A stretch of 64,000 nt of DNA from contig CAWKFB010000017.1 of the NCBI GenBank assembly GCA_963848835.1, positions 12,675 to 76,674 of the forward strand, written 5' to 3'. A model generated the notes under the pieces. It made no database searches, had not been told where the DNA came from, and saw nothing but the letters and a program-made list of their open reading frames with translations. The position numbers and the translations under genes were made by a program. Positions 52,127-62,252 of this stretch are shown in pieces (the stretch's first letter is position 1; every line of letters starts with the position of its first letter). The stretch is from Candidatus Aminicenantes bacterium. GTDB taxonomy: Bacteria > Acidobacteriota > Aminicenantia > Aminicenantales > UBA4085.

Positions 52127-55100
52127 CTAATGACGCTCCAGCGTGTCGAAGAGGGGCTGGACCGGCTTCACCGCCCAAGGGTCATCGGTCAGAGTGACCG
52201 CCAGGACCTTGATCTTCTCATCCTTCGGAAGGACAAGCGTCCGGGCCCCCGCGGGAATGTCGATGGCATAGGCGAAGAGATATGAATACATGTAAAGATC
52301 GTTTGTCCCGTCCGGAAGGTGCCGGTGGGAGGCGAACCAGGCCACGGGGGCGGGCTTGGTGAAACCGGGCGTGAGGCCGGCATATTCCATGACCGTCCTC
52401 ATCCGGGGCGGCTGGGGCTTGGCTCCCGGCGCGGCGGGAGTCGGCTTCGCCGCCGCGGGCTGCGGCTTGGCCGGCGCCGGAACAGGCTCCTCGCGGATGT
52501 TCCATTTCCGGTTGTCCCATTGCCCGATGAACCCGCCCCAATCCTGGACGTTCAGCTCGACGGGACGGCCATCGATCTTGAAGACGGCTTTCCGGTCGCC
52601 GTCGGACGCGGCCAGGAGGTAGAGGCGGGTGAATTTCCCTTCGGGCAGGGCAATGGACTGGCCTTTCGCCGCGACCGCGTTCGGCCCGCCGGACGGACCC
52701 AGAACGAACTCCACCCCTCCGAAGTCGATGGCCCCCGGCAGGAGCTCGGCGGCGATGCTCCGCCCGGCGGCATCGAATTCGGTCCCGGAGGCCCCGTCCG
52801 CCCGGGCGGCGGCGTGGTCAAAGGGAAGGGTCACGGGCACGGACGCGGGCGCGGCGGCCGCAGCGGGCGCCGGTCCGAGCTTCAAGGCGAACGTCCGGAT
52901 CGCGAAGGGTCCGAAGTCCGCCTTCAGCATCCCGTTGGCCGGCAGGACATCGGCAACCGGCATCTCCGTGCCGTCGACCTCGCGGGCGGCGATGACCGGA
53001 GCCGCGAGCTCGATGGAGACGCCGGGCGCGGCTTTCCCGTCCATCTCGACCAGGCGCACGACGAGCTCGTCGCTCTGCTCGGCTTTCTTGAGCGCGAGGA
53101 GCCGGACCCGCGGATTATTGATGGAGAAAAAGGAGAATGTCTTTCCGAGAGGCCCGGCATGGGCCGGGCTTTCGAAGGCGATCAGGGGCTGGTTCAAGCG
53201 GAAAGCCTGCCAGTCCGTGCCGCCGGCGCGGAAATCGCCGGCGTGTCCGGCCAGGCCGTAGAAGAAGGCGTGATGTCCGAGATCGAGCGTGGACTGGTCG
53301 GGATATCCGCCCCGGACTCCCGGCGTGCGGATGAGGGTGAGGCGGAGCGTGTTGTCATCGGGCTTGTCCGAGGCGTTCTTGCAATCGGTCAGGAGCGTGG
53401 CCCCGAAGCCGCCGCTCTTATCGGTCAGATCGACCCATTGGTGCGAGGCGACTTCGAACTGCCGGTCGAAGTCGTTCGAACGCTCGATCGTCCCCAGGTC
53501 CCAATTATAGGTCGCGACGCGGTTCGAGGCGGCAAGGGGAAAGACGGCCTTGAGGTGCGCTTCCCGGGTCATCCAATCCATGTCCATGCCGAGCTCGACG
53601 CGGTTCCCGGCGTCGCCGGCGGCGAGGCGGACGGTCTGGATGAACGTCGAGCCCTCGGCTTTTCGTTCGATCGCCAGGGCCACTCGGGCCGCCCCATTCT
53701 CGACGATCCGGACCTTCGCCGGCCCGCCGACGATCGTCCGCGGCGGCGCCACCTGCTGGTCATAGTCCATGTTCCAGGCCGGCCAGTTCCGCGGGTTGTC
53801 CGTCTTGATCTCGAGCCGGGCCGGCGCCGCGAGAAGATCCCGTTTGAGTTCCTTGTCGAAGATCTCGGCCAGGTCGCCGTTCTTGTCGATCCGGATCCTG
53901 TAGCGCCCGTTTTCGAGCGAGGCCAAGTCCGCCTTGAGGCTCGACGGCGCCGGGGTCGCGGACGGCCGGACGTCATAGACCGCGAAGCCGACGGAAGGCG
54001 CCTTGGCCGCGAAGACGACCTTCCCTCCCGACTCGAGCTGGGAAGGGACCTCGGACCCGTCCGGGCCGTAGACCCGGACCGCCGCGGGCGGACCCGCGGG
54101 GAACTTGAGCTTCGCCTCGACGATGTCCTCCCGTGGGATTCCAAGGGAGTTATAGACGATCACGGACAGGCCCTCGGCCCGCGTGTCCAGGGTCGAGGCG
54201 ACGGATTGGACGGCGCTCGTCAGGACGCTTCCAAACTGGTTGGCCGCCAGGATCTCGTCGTTCCAGCTGTATTCGTAGGCTTTGGGTATGCTCGTGCCGG
54301 GGATGATGTCGTGCATCTGGCTCCCCAGCACCAGGCCCCAGGCCTGGTTGAGACGCTCCAGGGGGTAAGCCCGGCCGCCCAGCCAGGCGGCGGCGACCGA
54401 AGCCCGCTCCGCGCCGTCGGCCAGGACTTCGTTCATCCGGTTCCAGCGCTTCATGTAGTTCTGGGACGTGAGCGAGCCGGCCGAGTGGTTGATGAGCTCG
54501 AGATCGCCCTTATAGCGCGGGAGCCGCGCCGTCTGCTCGGGCTTGATGTCGAGGAAGACCTGCTCGGCCGTGGAGGAAAGGACCTTGACCGGGCCCTTGC
54601 CGACGAAGACCTCGGGAGCCGGAGGGGCCGCCGGCGCTTCGCCGGCCGGAGGGGCCTGTCCTCTCTGCCCCCGCTGGGCATAGGGATTCGGCGGAGCGAT
54701 CTTCTTTCCGGAGATGATGGCATCGAGGAGCTTCACGGACGACTCTTGGGCCGCTCCGCCTGTGTCCCCCGTTCCGAAGTACATGAAATCGGCGTAGACT
54801 CCGGTCACTTTCCCGTTCAGATCGATCCGGGCCGGCCAATCGACGAGAGAGCGAAACCGCTGTTCCCTCTGCTGGAGCTGCTGGGCGGAGAGGCCGGGTT
54901 CCGGCTTGGGCGGCTCGGGTGGCGTCTGGCTGAGGTCATAGGTGATCTGGCCGCCGTAGCTTCCCGGGTTGAGCGCGGCGAGGATGCTCTTGCCGTCGGG
55001 GCCCTCCCAGACGCCGATGTTGAAGGGGATCCCGGGAGGCGTCTTCTCCGCCGACTCCGGTCCGCCGACCTGGGCGGCAGGCTGCCAGCTCGAAGAGAGC

Positions 55101-55657
55101 TTCTGGGAGGAGAAGCCCTTGATGCCGCAGTGGGCCAGGAGGGACGGGAGAGAGGCCGGGAAGCCGAAGCAGTCCGGGAGCATGTACTCGGCGCTCGTCC
55201 GGCCGAACTCGCGGCGGAAGTACTGCGTGCCGTAGAGGATCTGGCGGATGATCGATTCCGCCGAGGGCGAATTGACGTCGTTTTCCTCCCAGGACGAGCC
55301 CGAAGGGAACCAGCGCCCGGAGGCGACGTAGCTCTTGACCCGCTCATATTCCGCCGGGTAGTACTCCTTCATCATCGCGTAGCGCCGGGCCCCGCTGAAA
55401 TTGAACAGGTAGCTCGGATACTTTTCGAAGAAATCGAAATTGACCCGCATGGTCTTGGTCAGATAGTCCCGGATCGTGGTCGGATAATCCCACCGCCATT
55501 GTGTGTCGAGATGGGCGTACCCGACCACGTAAAGAGTCGGCTGTTTGGCCAGGTTCGGCCGGCCGGAGCCGTCGCCGCCGCAGGACGCGGCGAGACACGC
55601 CAGCAAGGCCAGGATCGATACAAGCGGGATGAACGAACGCCGCCGGGTTGCTTTCAT
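52127..55657 (-). CDS. GH38-family alpha-mannosidase-like glycoside hydrolase, lipoprotein/secreted, with long C-terminal extension
   Basis: 1176 aa with signal/lipobox LVSILALLACLAASCGG. The GH38 N-terminal block is LYVVGYAHLDTQWRWDY..YLFNFSGARRYAMMKEYYP..GRWFPSGSSWEENDVNSPSAESIIRQILYG, followed by ..SQMHDIIPGTS. Confidence 0.85.
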   Translation of the reverse strand: MKATRRRSFIPLVSILALLACLAASCGGDGSGRPNLAKQPTLYVVGYAHLDTQWRWDYPTTIRDYLTKTMRVNFDFFEKYPSYLFNFSGARRYAMMKEYYPAEYERVKSYVASGRWFPSGSSWEENDVNSPSAESIIRQILYGTQYFRREFGRTSAEYMLPDCFGFPASLPSLLAHCGIKGFSSQKLSSSWQPAAQVGGPESAEKTPPGIPFNIGVWEGPDGKSILAALNPGSYGGQITYDLSQTPPEPPKPEPGLSAQQLQQREQRFRSLVDWPARIDLNGKVTGVYADFMYFGTGDTGGAAQESSVKLLDAIISGKKIAPPNPYAQRGQRGQAPPAGEAPAAPPAPEVFVGKGPVKVLSSTAEQVFLDIKPEQTARLPRYKGDLELINHSAGSLTSQNYMKRWNRMNEVLADGAERASVAAAWLGGRAYPLERLNQAWGLVLGSQMHDIIPGTSIPKAYEYSWNDEILAANQFGSVLTSAVQSVASTLDTRAEGLSVIVYNSLGIPREDIVEAKLKFPAGPPAAVRVYGPDGSEVPSQLESGGKVVFAAKAPSVGFAVYDVRPSATPAPSSLKADLASLENGRYRIRIDKNGDLAEIFDKELKRDLLAAPARLEIKTDNPRNWPAWNMDYDQQVAPPRTIVGGPAKVRIVENGAARVALAIERKAEGSTFIQTVRLAAGDAGNRVELGMDMDWMTREAHLKAVFPLAASNRVATYNWDLGTIERSNDFDRQFEVASHQWVDLTDKSGGFGATLLTDCKNASDKPDDNTLRLTLIRTPGVRGGYPDQSTLDLGHHAFFYGLAGHAGDFRAGGTDWQAFRLNQPLIAFESPAHAGPLGKTFSFFSINNPRVRLLALKKAEQSDELVVRLVEMDGKAAPGVSIELAAPVIAAREVDGTEMPVADVLPANGMLKADFGPFAIRTFALKLGPAPAAAAAPASVPVTLPFDHAAARADGASGTEFDAAGRSIAAELLPGAIDFGGVEFVLGPSGGPNAVAAKGQSIALPEGKFTRLYLLAASDGDRKAVFKIDGRPVELNVQDWGGFIGQWDNRKWNIREEPVPAPAKPQPAAAKPTPAAPGAKPQPPRMRTVMEYAGLTPGFTKPAPVAWFASHRHLPDGTNDLYMYSYLFAYAIDIPAGARTLVLPKDEKIKVLAVTLTDDPWAVKPVQPLFDTLERH

Positions 55658-55795
55658 GATCGCCCTCCTCCTCCCGTCCCCTCGCGGGCAGGCGGATAAC
55701 GTAATTCAATCAGAGGGCTAAGTCAACTTGGGGGGAGCGAGGCGCTCCCCTCCAACGGGCGCCGCGAAACGCGACAGCCAATTCCCGGCAGTCCG

Positions 55796-58700
55796 TCAAA
55801 ACGGGGCGATACGGACCCGGACGGACGTCCTGGCGACGGGCCGGCCGTTCCTCTCGGCCACGAAGACGAGGTCGAACGCTCCGAGAAACCCCGGACCCGG
55901 CTGCCAGGTCCAGAGGCCTCGCTTCGGATCCAGGGTCGAGCCCGCGGGCAAAGGCCTGACCTCGCCCCCGACGAGCTGGTAGCCCCGGTACGCCAGGCCG
56001 TCTCCCGCGCTCCCCCGGTCGAGGCCGATCTCGACGCGGCCCGTTTCCCGGATTTCGATCTCGAACGGATTCCCGGCCCCGGCATGGAGGGGGAGCCGTT
56101 CGCCTTTCCCGAAGCCTCGCCGGACCAGGATCGGGGCGGGGTCCGCCGCGATCACGGCCAGGTCCGTGATGTCGGGAAGGAGACCGGCCGGACCGGACAG
56201 GACCGGGGCGCCGGCGGCGTTCATCACCGAGAAGAAGCGGCTTCCGATGCCGTCCGCGTGTCCGGCGTTGTCGGCCGCGATCCAGGCAATCGTGTGGATG
56301 CCGTTGGCCAAGGTGGTCGTATCGATCATCCGATACCCGACGGCCCCTCCGCTGTTCAGATAGCCCGGGAAGTTCGCCGCGATGTCCGAGCGGTACTGGT
56401 TGTAAGTGGCAGGCCCGACGGGAATCCCGTCGATATAGACCGTGATCGTGGAGCCGTCGACCGGGATCAGGGCCTGCGGGGGAGTCAGAGCCCAGCCGAA
56501 ATTGATGTAATCGGCCCCGGAAACGGTTCCTCCCTGGGCGGGGGTGTCAATGGTGCCGAAGGGGTTGACGGCGTGAGCGTTGTCGCACTGGATAGATTTG
56601 CGAGCGACGCGCGACTCGATTGGGACAAGCTCGGTCTGATGGCCCTCCTTGTCCGAGGCCACGGCCACGAGCGTCACGGGTCCGTTCCCTTGCCGGGCAG
56701 GAAATTCGTCAGGAGCATGTATCCCCAGCCGGCCCGGTAGCTGAAGGGCAAGCCCGGCATGAGTCCGCCTCCACGTCGGGCCGGGCGCCATCGACGAGAA
56801 TGGCGTCGCCGATGTAAACGAGCCCGGGCGGAGACGAGGCCTCGCCGGGCCCGGCCGTCCGGTAGATCTTGACCGCGGCGACTTCGACGTCGTCCAGGAC
56901 CCAGCCGGTCACGGGAATGCTCGAGGCCACGACCGATCCGTCAAGCGGGGTTTCGAAGGAGCCGAAGGGGCTCCCCGAGCCGCCCGATCTGTAAACGGTC
57001 ATGACCACCGTGACGGCCTGGGGAGAATTGGCGCCGTTGGCCGCCGAGACGCGGACCGAACCCGTGTAGGTTCCCGCGCCGAAACCGGAAGGATTGACGC
57101 CCACGAGCAGCGTCCCCGTCCCGCTCCCCGATGCGGGAGCGACGGACAGCCAGCCCTGGTCGGACACAGCCGTCCAATTCATCGTGCCGGTCCCTCCATT
57201 GGACACAACCACGGACTGATGGGCCGTAACCGCGCTCGTGCCCACGGCGCCGAAAGCGAGGGCCGTCCGGCTCAACCGGATCAGGCCGGTCGGCGCGGGG
57301 CCGATGCTGAAGACGGCGTCGCTCGCATCGCTCGCGGCGCCGTCACGGCTCGTGACGCGGACGAGACAGCTGGCCGAAACACAGGAGGGCAAAGTCCAGG
57401 CGTATAGGCCGGTATTGGCGACGGAAGCCGCGGCGACGGACCAGGAGGAGCCGCCGTTCTCGGAATATTCGATCTTGACGTTCCCCGCGACGCCGGACGA
57501 AATCCAGGTGACATCGCGCGAGGTGCCTGAAAACCACGATTCCGCGCCGTTCGGGGAAACGACCGTGATTCCGCCCGCGAGCGCCAGGTACATGATCTCC
57601 CAATTCCCGTTGACCTGGGAGGAGTAAGCAAGGTGGGCGCCTCCGGACGGGTCCACGGCGACGGACGGCTGCATGCAGGGATTATGGCTGTTTGTGATGT
57701 TCCCCGGTCCGGACCAGGCTCCGTTGAGGTAGGCATTGGCGAAAATGTTGCCGCTCTCCGTCCAGGCCACGAGAAGGTCACCCGTGGCCCGGTTCACCGC
57801 GAGGGCCGGCTCGGACGAGTCCGCCGGGCTCGCCGAAACGTTGAATTCGGGGCCGACCATCCCGTTGGCGTCGATCCGCCGGATGAAGATCTCCGCGTTC
57901 CCGGTCGTCACATCGTCCCAGACGACGTAGGCATTTCCGGCGTTGTCGCAATCGACGGAAAAAAAGCTCCAGTCGAGCCCAGTCTCCTTGAGCCGGATCG
58001 GATTCGTCCATCCGGAGGGGTTGGTCGGGGTGGCGTTTTTCGAATACCAGAGCGTAGAGGTGTGGGCGTAGCCGTAGACCATGTGCGCGGTTCCCCGGGC
58101 ATCGATGGCGATCTTGGGCAGATACCCCCATACGAGAGGCGAGGAATCGGCGAGCCTCTGGATGTTCGACCAATGCCCGGAAGCCGTCCGGTAGCGCAGC
58201 ATGAGGAGCCATTCGCCGGGGACATCGGCCTGGTTCTCCTCCCAAACGACGAAGGTTGTGCCGTCGACGGGATTGACGGCGACGCCGCCGTAACAACTGG
58301 ACCCCGTGGCGACCCCGCTGACGTTGGTCGTTCCCGTCCAAGCCCCGCCCTCGAAGGCGAGGTGATAGATATCCGCGTCGATCATCGGAGGGCGCCCATC
58401 GTGAAACATGAGCTGGACGCGTCCCCCCGGGGAAACGGCCAAGACGGGGAATCCCATTTCGGCGGACCAGCTCAAGTTCAGCTGTTCGATTTCGACCGGC
58501 TTCGACCACGCGCCGCTCGCATTCGTGGCGAAATAAAAGCGGCGGGGTTCCAGCCATTCGTACCAGACGGCATAAGCTTTCCCGCCCTGGTCCACACCCA
58601 ATAGATGGGCGCTGCCGTTCCCGGGAAAGTCAAAAGTCGAATCGGTTGGTGAGTTCGAAATATTGACCGGGGTGATGCCCGGCGCGGGGAAGGAAATCGT

Positions 58701-58799
58701 TTGAGACCTCTTAGCCGGCTGGCCGAGGGCGGTGCCGGCAAGGGTAAAGGCCAAGGCGATCAGGATCCATCCGGGACGTACGGCCGATGTCCTTTTCAT
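55796..58799 (-). pseudogene. Large secreted BNR/sialidase-like propeller plus Ig/BACON-like domains protein; two frame changes near 56683-56692 and 56758-56766
   Basis: ORF 56709..58799 has signal MKRTSAVRPGWILIALAFTLAGTALG, a repeated propeller-like region, and ..LAFGAVGTSAVTAHQSVVVSNGGTGTMNWTAVSDQGWLSVAPASGSGTGTLLVGVNP. Hand translation links ..GARPDVEA, then (third frame) PGLPFSYRAGWGYMLLTNFLPGKG, then NGPVTLVAVASDKEGH.. of ORF 55796..56791. Confidence 0.7.
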
Positions 58800-59027
58800 T
58801 CCACTTTCTCCTTATCCTGCTTCAGCTGGTGCGAAATCCCTGAACGTGCTTGCGCATGAAGTTGAGTCGACCTTATGCCCATATAATTGACACTGTATAA
58901 TACTGATACAGCTCTTCATCATCATCGATATTATAGCATACGCAGGAAATGGCTATCCCCTTACGGGGCGAAATCAGGGGGTGATATTACCGTTCCGGAC
59001 GGCCTGAGAAGGCTGAGAAAAAGCCGC

Positions 59028-59061
59028 GGCCCGGAGGAACCCGGGCCGCGGTCGAGAATCG
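59028..59061 (-). terminator. Rho-independent terminator of the M16 peptidase operon
   Basis: The minus strand reads CCGCGGCCCGGgttcctCCGGGCCGCGG (11-bp GC stem) followed by cTTTTTc. It begins 16 nt after stop 59077. Confidence 0.7.
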
Positions 59062-59076
59062 TCGCTTAAGGAGTCG

Positions 59077-60635
59077 TTATTTCAGCTTGACGATGTTGAC
59101 CGTTCCGTCACCGTATTTCTTGGCCAGTCCGTCGATCGTGCGGCCGCCGAACTTGGCCGCCATGGCGTCGATCGTCGCCTGGTTCGGGAGGAGCTTGTCC
59201 GCTCCGGCCCGGCACTCCTCGATGTTGCCGGCAACCATGATGACCATTTGGTCGGGCCTGAGGTACTTCTGGGCCACCCGCTTGAGGTCGGCGAGCGTGA
59301 CCTTCTCATATTTGGCCACATAGCCCTCGTAGTAGTCCTTGGGCCGGCCGTTGAACTCGAGGGAGGCGAAGCTCTGAACCATCGATCCCAGGTCGGTGAA
59401 GATCGGCTGGGAGGGGAAGGCGTTGACCCGGCGGACTTGGCCATCTTGAGGTCGGCCTCGCTGATGTCGCCGGCCCGCAGGCCTTCGATGATGTCGAGCA
59501 TGAGCTGGGAAGCGAAAACGACGGTCGAGTTCTTGGTCTGGCAGGAAGCGGTGAACGTCCCCGGATAGAGGATCCCGCCCCCGGTCCCGCCGCCGCCGCC
59601 CCGCTGGCCTCCGCCGCCCCCGCCGAAGCTCGAGCTCGTCGAGTAGGCCAGGCCGTTGTCGGTCCGGACGATCTTGGTGATCCGGGAGGAGAACGAGCCG
59701 CCGCCCAGGACATAGTTCATCAGGTCGACGGCCGGATAGTCCGGGTCGTCCGTCTTGAGGCCGAGATGGCCCATCCGGATGATGCCCTGATTGGGCGTTT
59801 GGCCCTCGGGCTGGACCATGTAGACGCCCGCCTTGGAGGCCTGGGCGACCTTGGGGATGGGCGGCACGGCCTTCTCGGCCTTGCGCCATTTCCCGAACGT
59901 CGCTTCGAGCTTCTTCAGCATATCGGCTTTCTTGAAGTCGCCGGACACGACCAGGATGGCGTTATTGGCCCCCCAGTATTTCTTGTGCCAGGCGACAAGG
60001 TCGTTCCGGGCGATGCCGGTGATGACCGCCTCGGTCTGCTCGGCCGTGATCGGCGAGTCCTCGCCGTAGATGAGCTTCTCATAGGTCCGCGCCGCGACCT
60101 GGGAAATATTCCGGTTGCGGTTGCGGATCATCGGCAGGGCGGCGTCCTTCTCGCGGCGGAGCCGGTCCTCGGGGAAGGCCGGGTTGAGCAGGATGTCCAT
60201 CCAGATCTTGAGGCCCTCGTCGAAGTGTCGGGTGTGGATGGACAGGCTCGTCGCCGTGACCGTCCCGGCCAGGAAGTCCATCCGCTCGTTGATCTGCTCC
60301 CCGGTCATGGTCGTCGTGCCGCCCGAGCGCATGATCGAATTCGTCAGCCCGGCGACGCCGAGCTTGTCCTTGGGCTCGAGGAAGGGTCCGGTCCGGACCA
60401 TCAGGGAGCCGCTGAACCAGGGGATCTCGTGATCCTCGGCGATGTAGACGATGAGCCCGTTCGAGAGCGTCGTGCGGAAATCGGCCGGCTTCGGGATCTT
60501 GAAATCCAGGGGCGGATACTTGAACTGTTCCGGCCGCGGTCCGACGGGGGCTTGGGCGAACGCCCCGGCCGCAAGGGCCAGGACGATCCCGCCGAGGAGG
60601 AGCCGCTGATAAGCCTTTCTTTCGCGCATCATCAT
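59077..60635 (-). pseudogene. M16-family peptidase, non-catalytic-type subunit (no HxxEH); one frameshift at ~59436-59440
   Basis: ORF 59082..60635 has signal LLLGGIVLALAAGAFAQA and M16 fold blocks, but no HxxEH. ORF 59077..59889 provides the C-terminus (..VNAFPSQPIF..KYLRPDQMVIMVAGN..). One missing base joins ..EADLKMAK to VRRVNAFPSQ. It contains a Gly-rich insert, SSSFGGGGGGQRGGGGGTGGG. Confidence 0.8.
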
Positions 60636-60658
60636 ATCCTTTCCGGAGCGGGCGGCCG

Positions 60659-62212
60659 CTATCTCTCCCTCTCCAGGACGCCCGTGACGCAGTTGTCCCG
60701 GGTGAAATACTTCTTGGCCACGCGCATCAGGTCGGCCGGCGTGACGGCCATGCTCTGTTTGAACTGATCGTCCAGGAACTGCCAGCGGTAGGCGACCTCC
60801 ATCCGGGCCAGCTGGCCGGCGATGCCGGTGCCCTGAAGGCTCTGGAGGTAGCGGGCCTCGACCTGGTTCTTGACCCGCTGGAGGAGGGTCTCGTCGCAGG
60901 GGACGGTCTTGGCGTCCTCGAGGTACGTCCAGAGCTCCTTCTCGAGCTGATCGAGAGGGACGACGGGGGCGTTCTTGACCTCGCGCGCGGTAGCGCTGAC
61001 GCCGAACTGGCCGTCGTATTCGGAGTTCGAGGCGTTGGCCCTGATGCTCGTCGCGTGCTCGTTCTTCAGGACCATCTCGTTATACATCTTGCCCGTCCGC
61101 GAGCTGAGGACCTGGCCGAGGATGGACAAAGGCGCCAGGTCGTCGTTCCAGATGGGCGGGATGTGAAAGAGGATCTCCACGCTGGGGTTCGTCGCGGCCC
61201 GTCCGAGGATGCGCTTCTCGACGTACGGCGGCCTGAAGTCGGCCCCGTTCGTCTCTTTATAGTAGGACGGCGAGGGCTCCTGGGTCCGGACGCGGGGCGC
61301 CTTCCCCGGAGGATTCTTGATCGCCCCGAAGTACTTGGTCACGAGGGCCATGGTCGGCTCGATGTCCACGCCTCCGGCCAGGACGAGGACGGCGTTGTCG
61401 GGCCGGTAATACTGGTTGCGGTAATCGATGACGTCCTGCTTGGTGATCCGGCTCAGGTCGGACATCCATCCGACGACCTGCCAGGAGTACGGGCTGGCGG
61501 CGTAGAAGGTCGCCTGGAGCTGCTCCCGGAAGAAGAAGCCCGGTCCGTTTTCGCTCATCCGGCGCTCCTCGACCAGGACGTCGCGCTCGGAGTAGAACTC
61601 CCGGAAGACGGGGTTCTGGAGCCGGTCGGCCTCGAGGGCGAGGAAGAGCTCGACCTTGTTCTTGGGGAGGGTGACATAGTACTGGGTCATCTCCTGGCCC
61701 GTCGAAGCGTTGAGCCCGGTCCCGCCGGCCTCCTGGTACGCGCCCCAGATCTCCTCGCTGACGATCGTCTCGGCCCGCTCCTTGGCGATGATGTCCGAGA
61801 CCTGCTTCTTGAGGGCGATGATCTTGGCTTCGTCGCGGCCCTTGACTTTGGCCTCCTCCGCGGCGACCTCCTCTTCCAGGGCGTCGATCTGGCGGTTGTA
61901 TTCCGTGTCCTTATCGAGCGTGCCCGGCTTGATGCCCATCGTGTACGTGCCCTTGAACATCATGTGCTCGTGCATGTGGGAGATGCCGGTGATGCCGGGC
62001 CGCTCATTGACCGAGCCGACCCGGAAGGCGAGGATGCAGCGCACGGTCGGAATCTCCGGCCGCTCCACGATCAGGACCTTGAGCCCGTTGGGAAGAACGC
62101 GCTCGACGACCTGCTTCGCCACGCTGACATCCTGAGCCGCCGCGGACGCCAGGAGGACGCCCAGCCCGAGCGGCGCGAACAGGATCCGCGAGAGGAATCT
62201 TCGACCGATCAT
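60659..62212 (-). CDS. M16-family (pitrilysin-type) zinc peptidase, catalytic subunit
   Basis: 517 aa with signal ILFAPLGLGVLLASAAAQ. The inverted zinc motif HxxEH is in GISHMHEHMMFKGT, followed by ..ERDVLVEERR. Confidence 0.9.
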   Translation of the reverse strand: MIGRRFLSRILFAPLGLGVLLASAAAQDVSVAKQVVERVLPNGLKVLIVERPEIPTVRCILAFRVGSVNERPGITGISHMHEHMMFKGTYTMGIKPGTLDKDTEYNRQIDALEEEVAAEEAKVKGRDEAKIIALKKQVSDIIAKERAETIVSEEIWGAYQEAGGTGLNASTGQEMTQYYVTLPKNKVELFLALEADRLQNPVFREFYSERDVLVEERRMSENGPGFFFREQLQATFYAASPYSWQVVGWMSDLSRITKQDVIDYRNQYYRPDNAVLVLAGGVDIEPTMALVTKYFGAIKNPPGKAPRVRTQEPSPSYYKETNGADFRPPYVEKRILGRAATNPSVEILFHIPPIWNDDLAPLSILGQVLSSRTGKMYNEMVLKNEHATSIRANASNSEYDGQFGVSATAREVKNAPVVPLDQLEKELWTYLEDAKTVPCDETLLQRVKNQVEARYLQSLQGTGIAGQLARMEVAYRWQFLDDQFKQSMAVTPADLMRVAKKYFTRDNCVTGVLERER

Positions 62213-62252
62213 GGATTCGAACCTCCTTCGGAAAAGGGATTTTTCAATTATA

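Noticed and set aside
58800-59027. A riboswitch or known sRNA in the AT-rich leader upstream of 58799.
   Set aside because: I could not fit the sequence to any riboswitch consensus I know (c-di-GMP, fluoride, preQ1, TPP, SAM and others). It is kept only as an unexplained regulatory-looking region.
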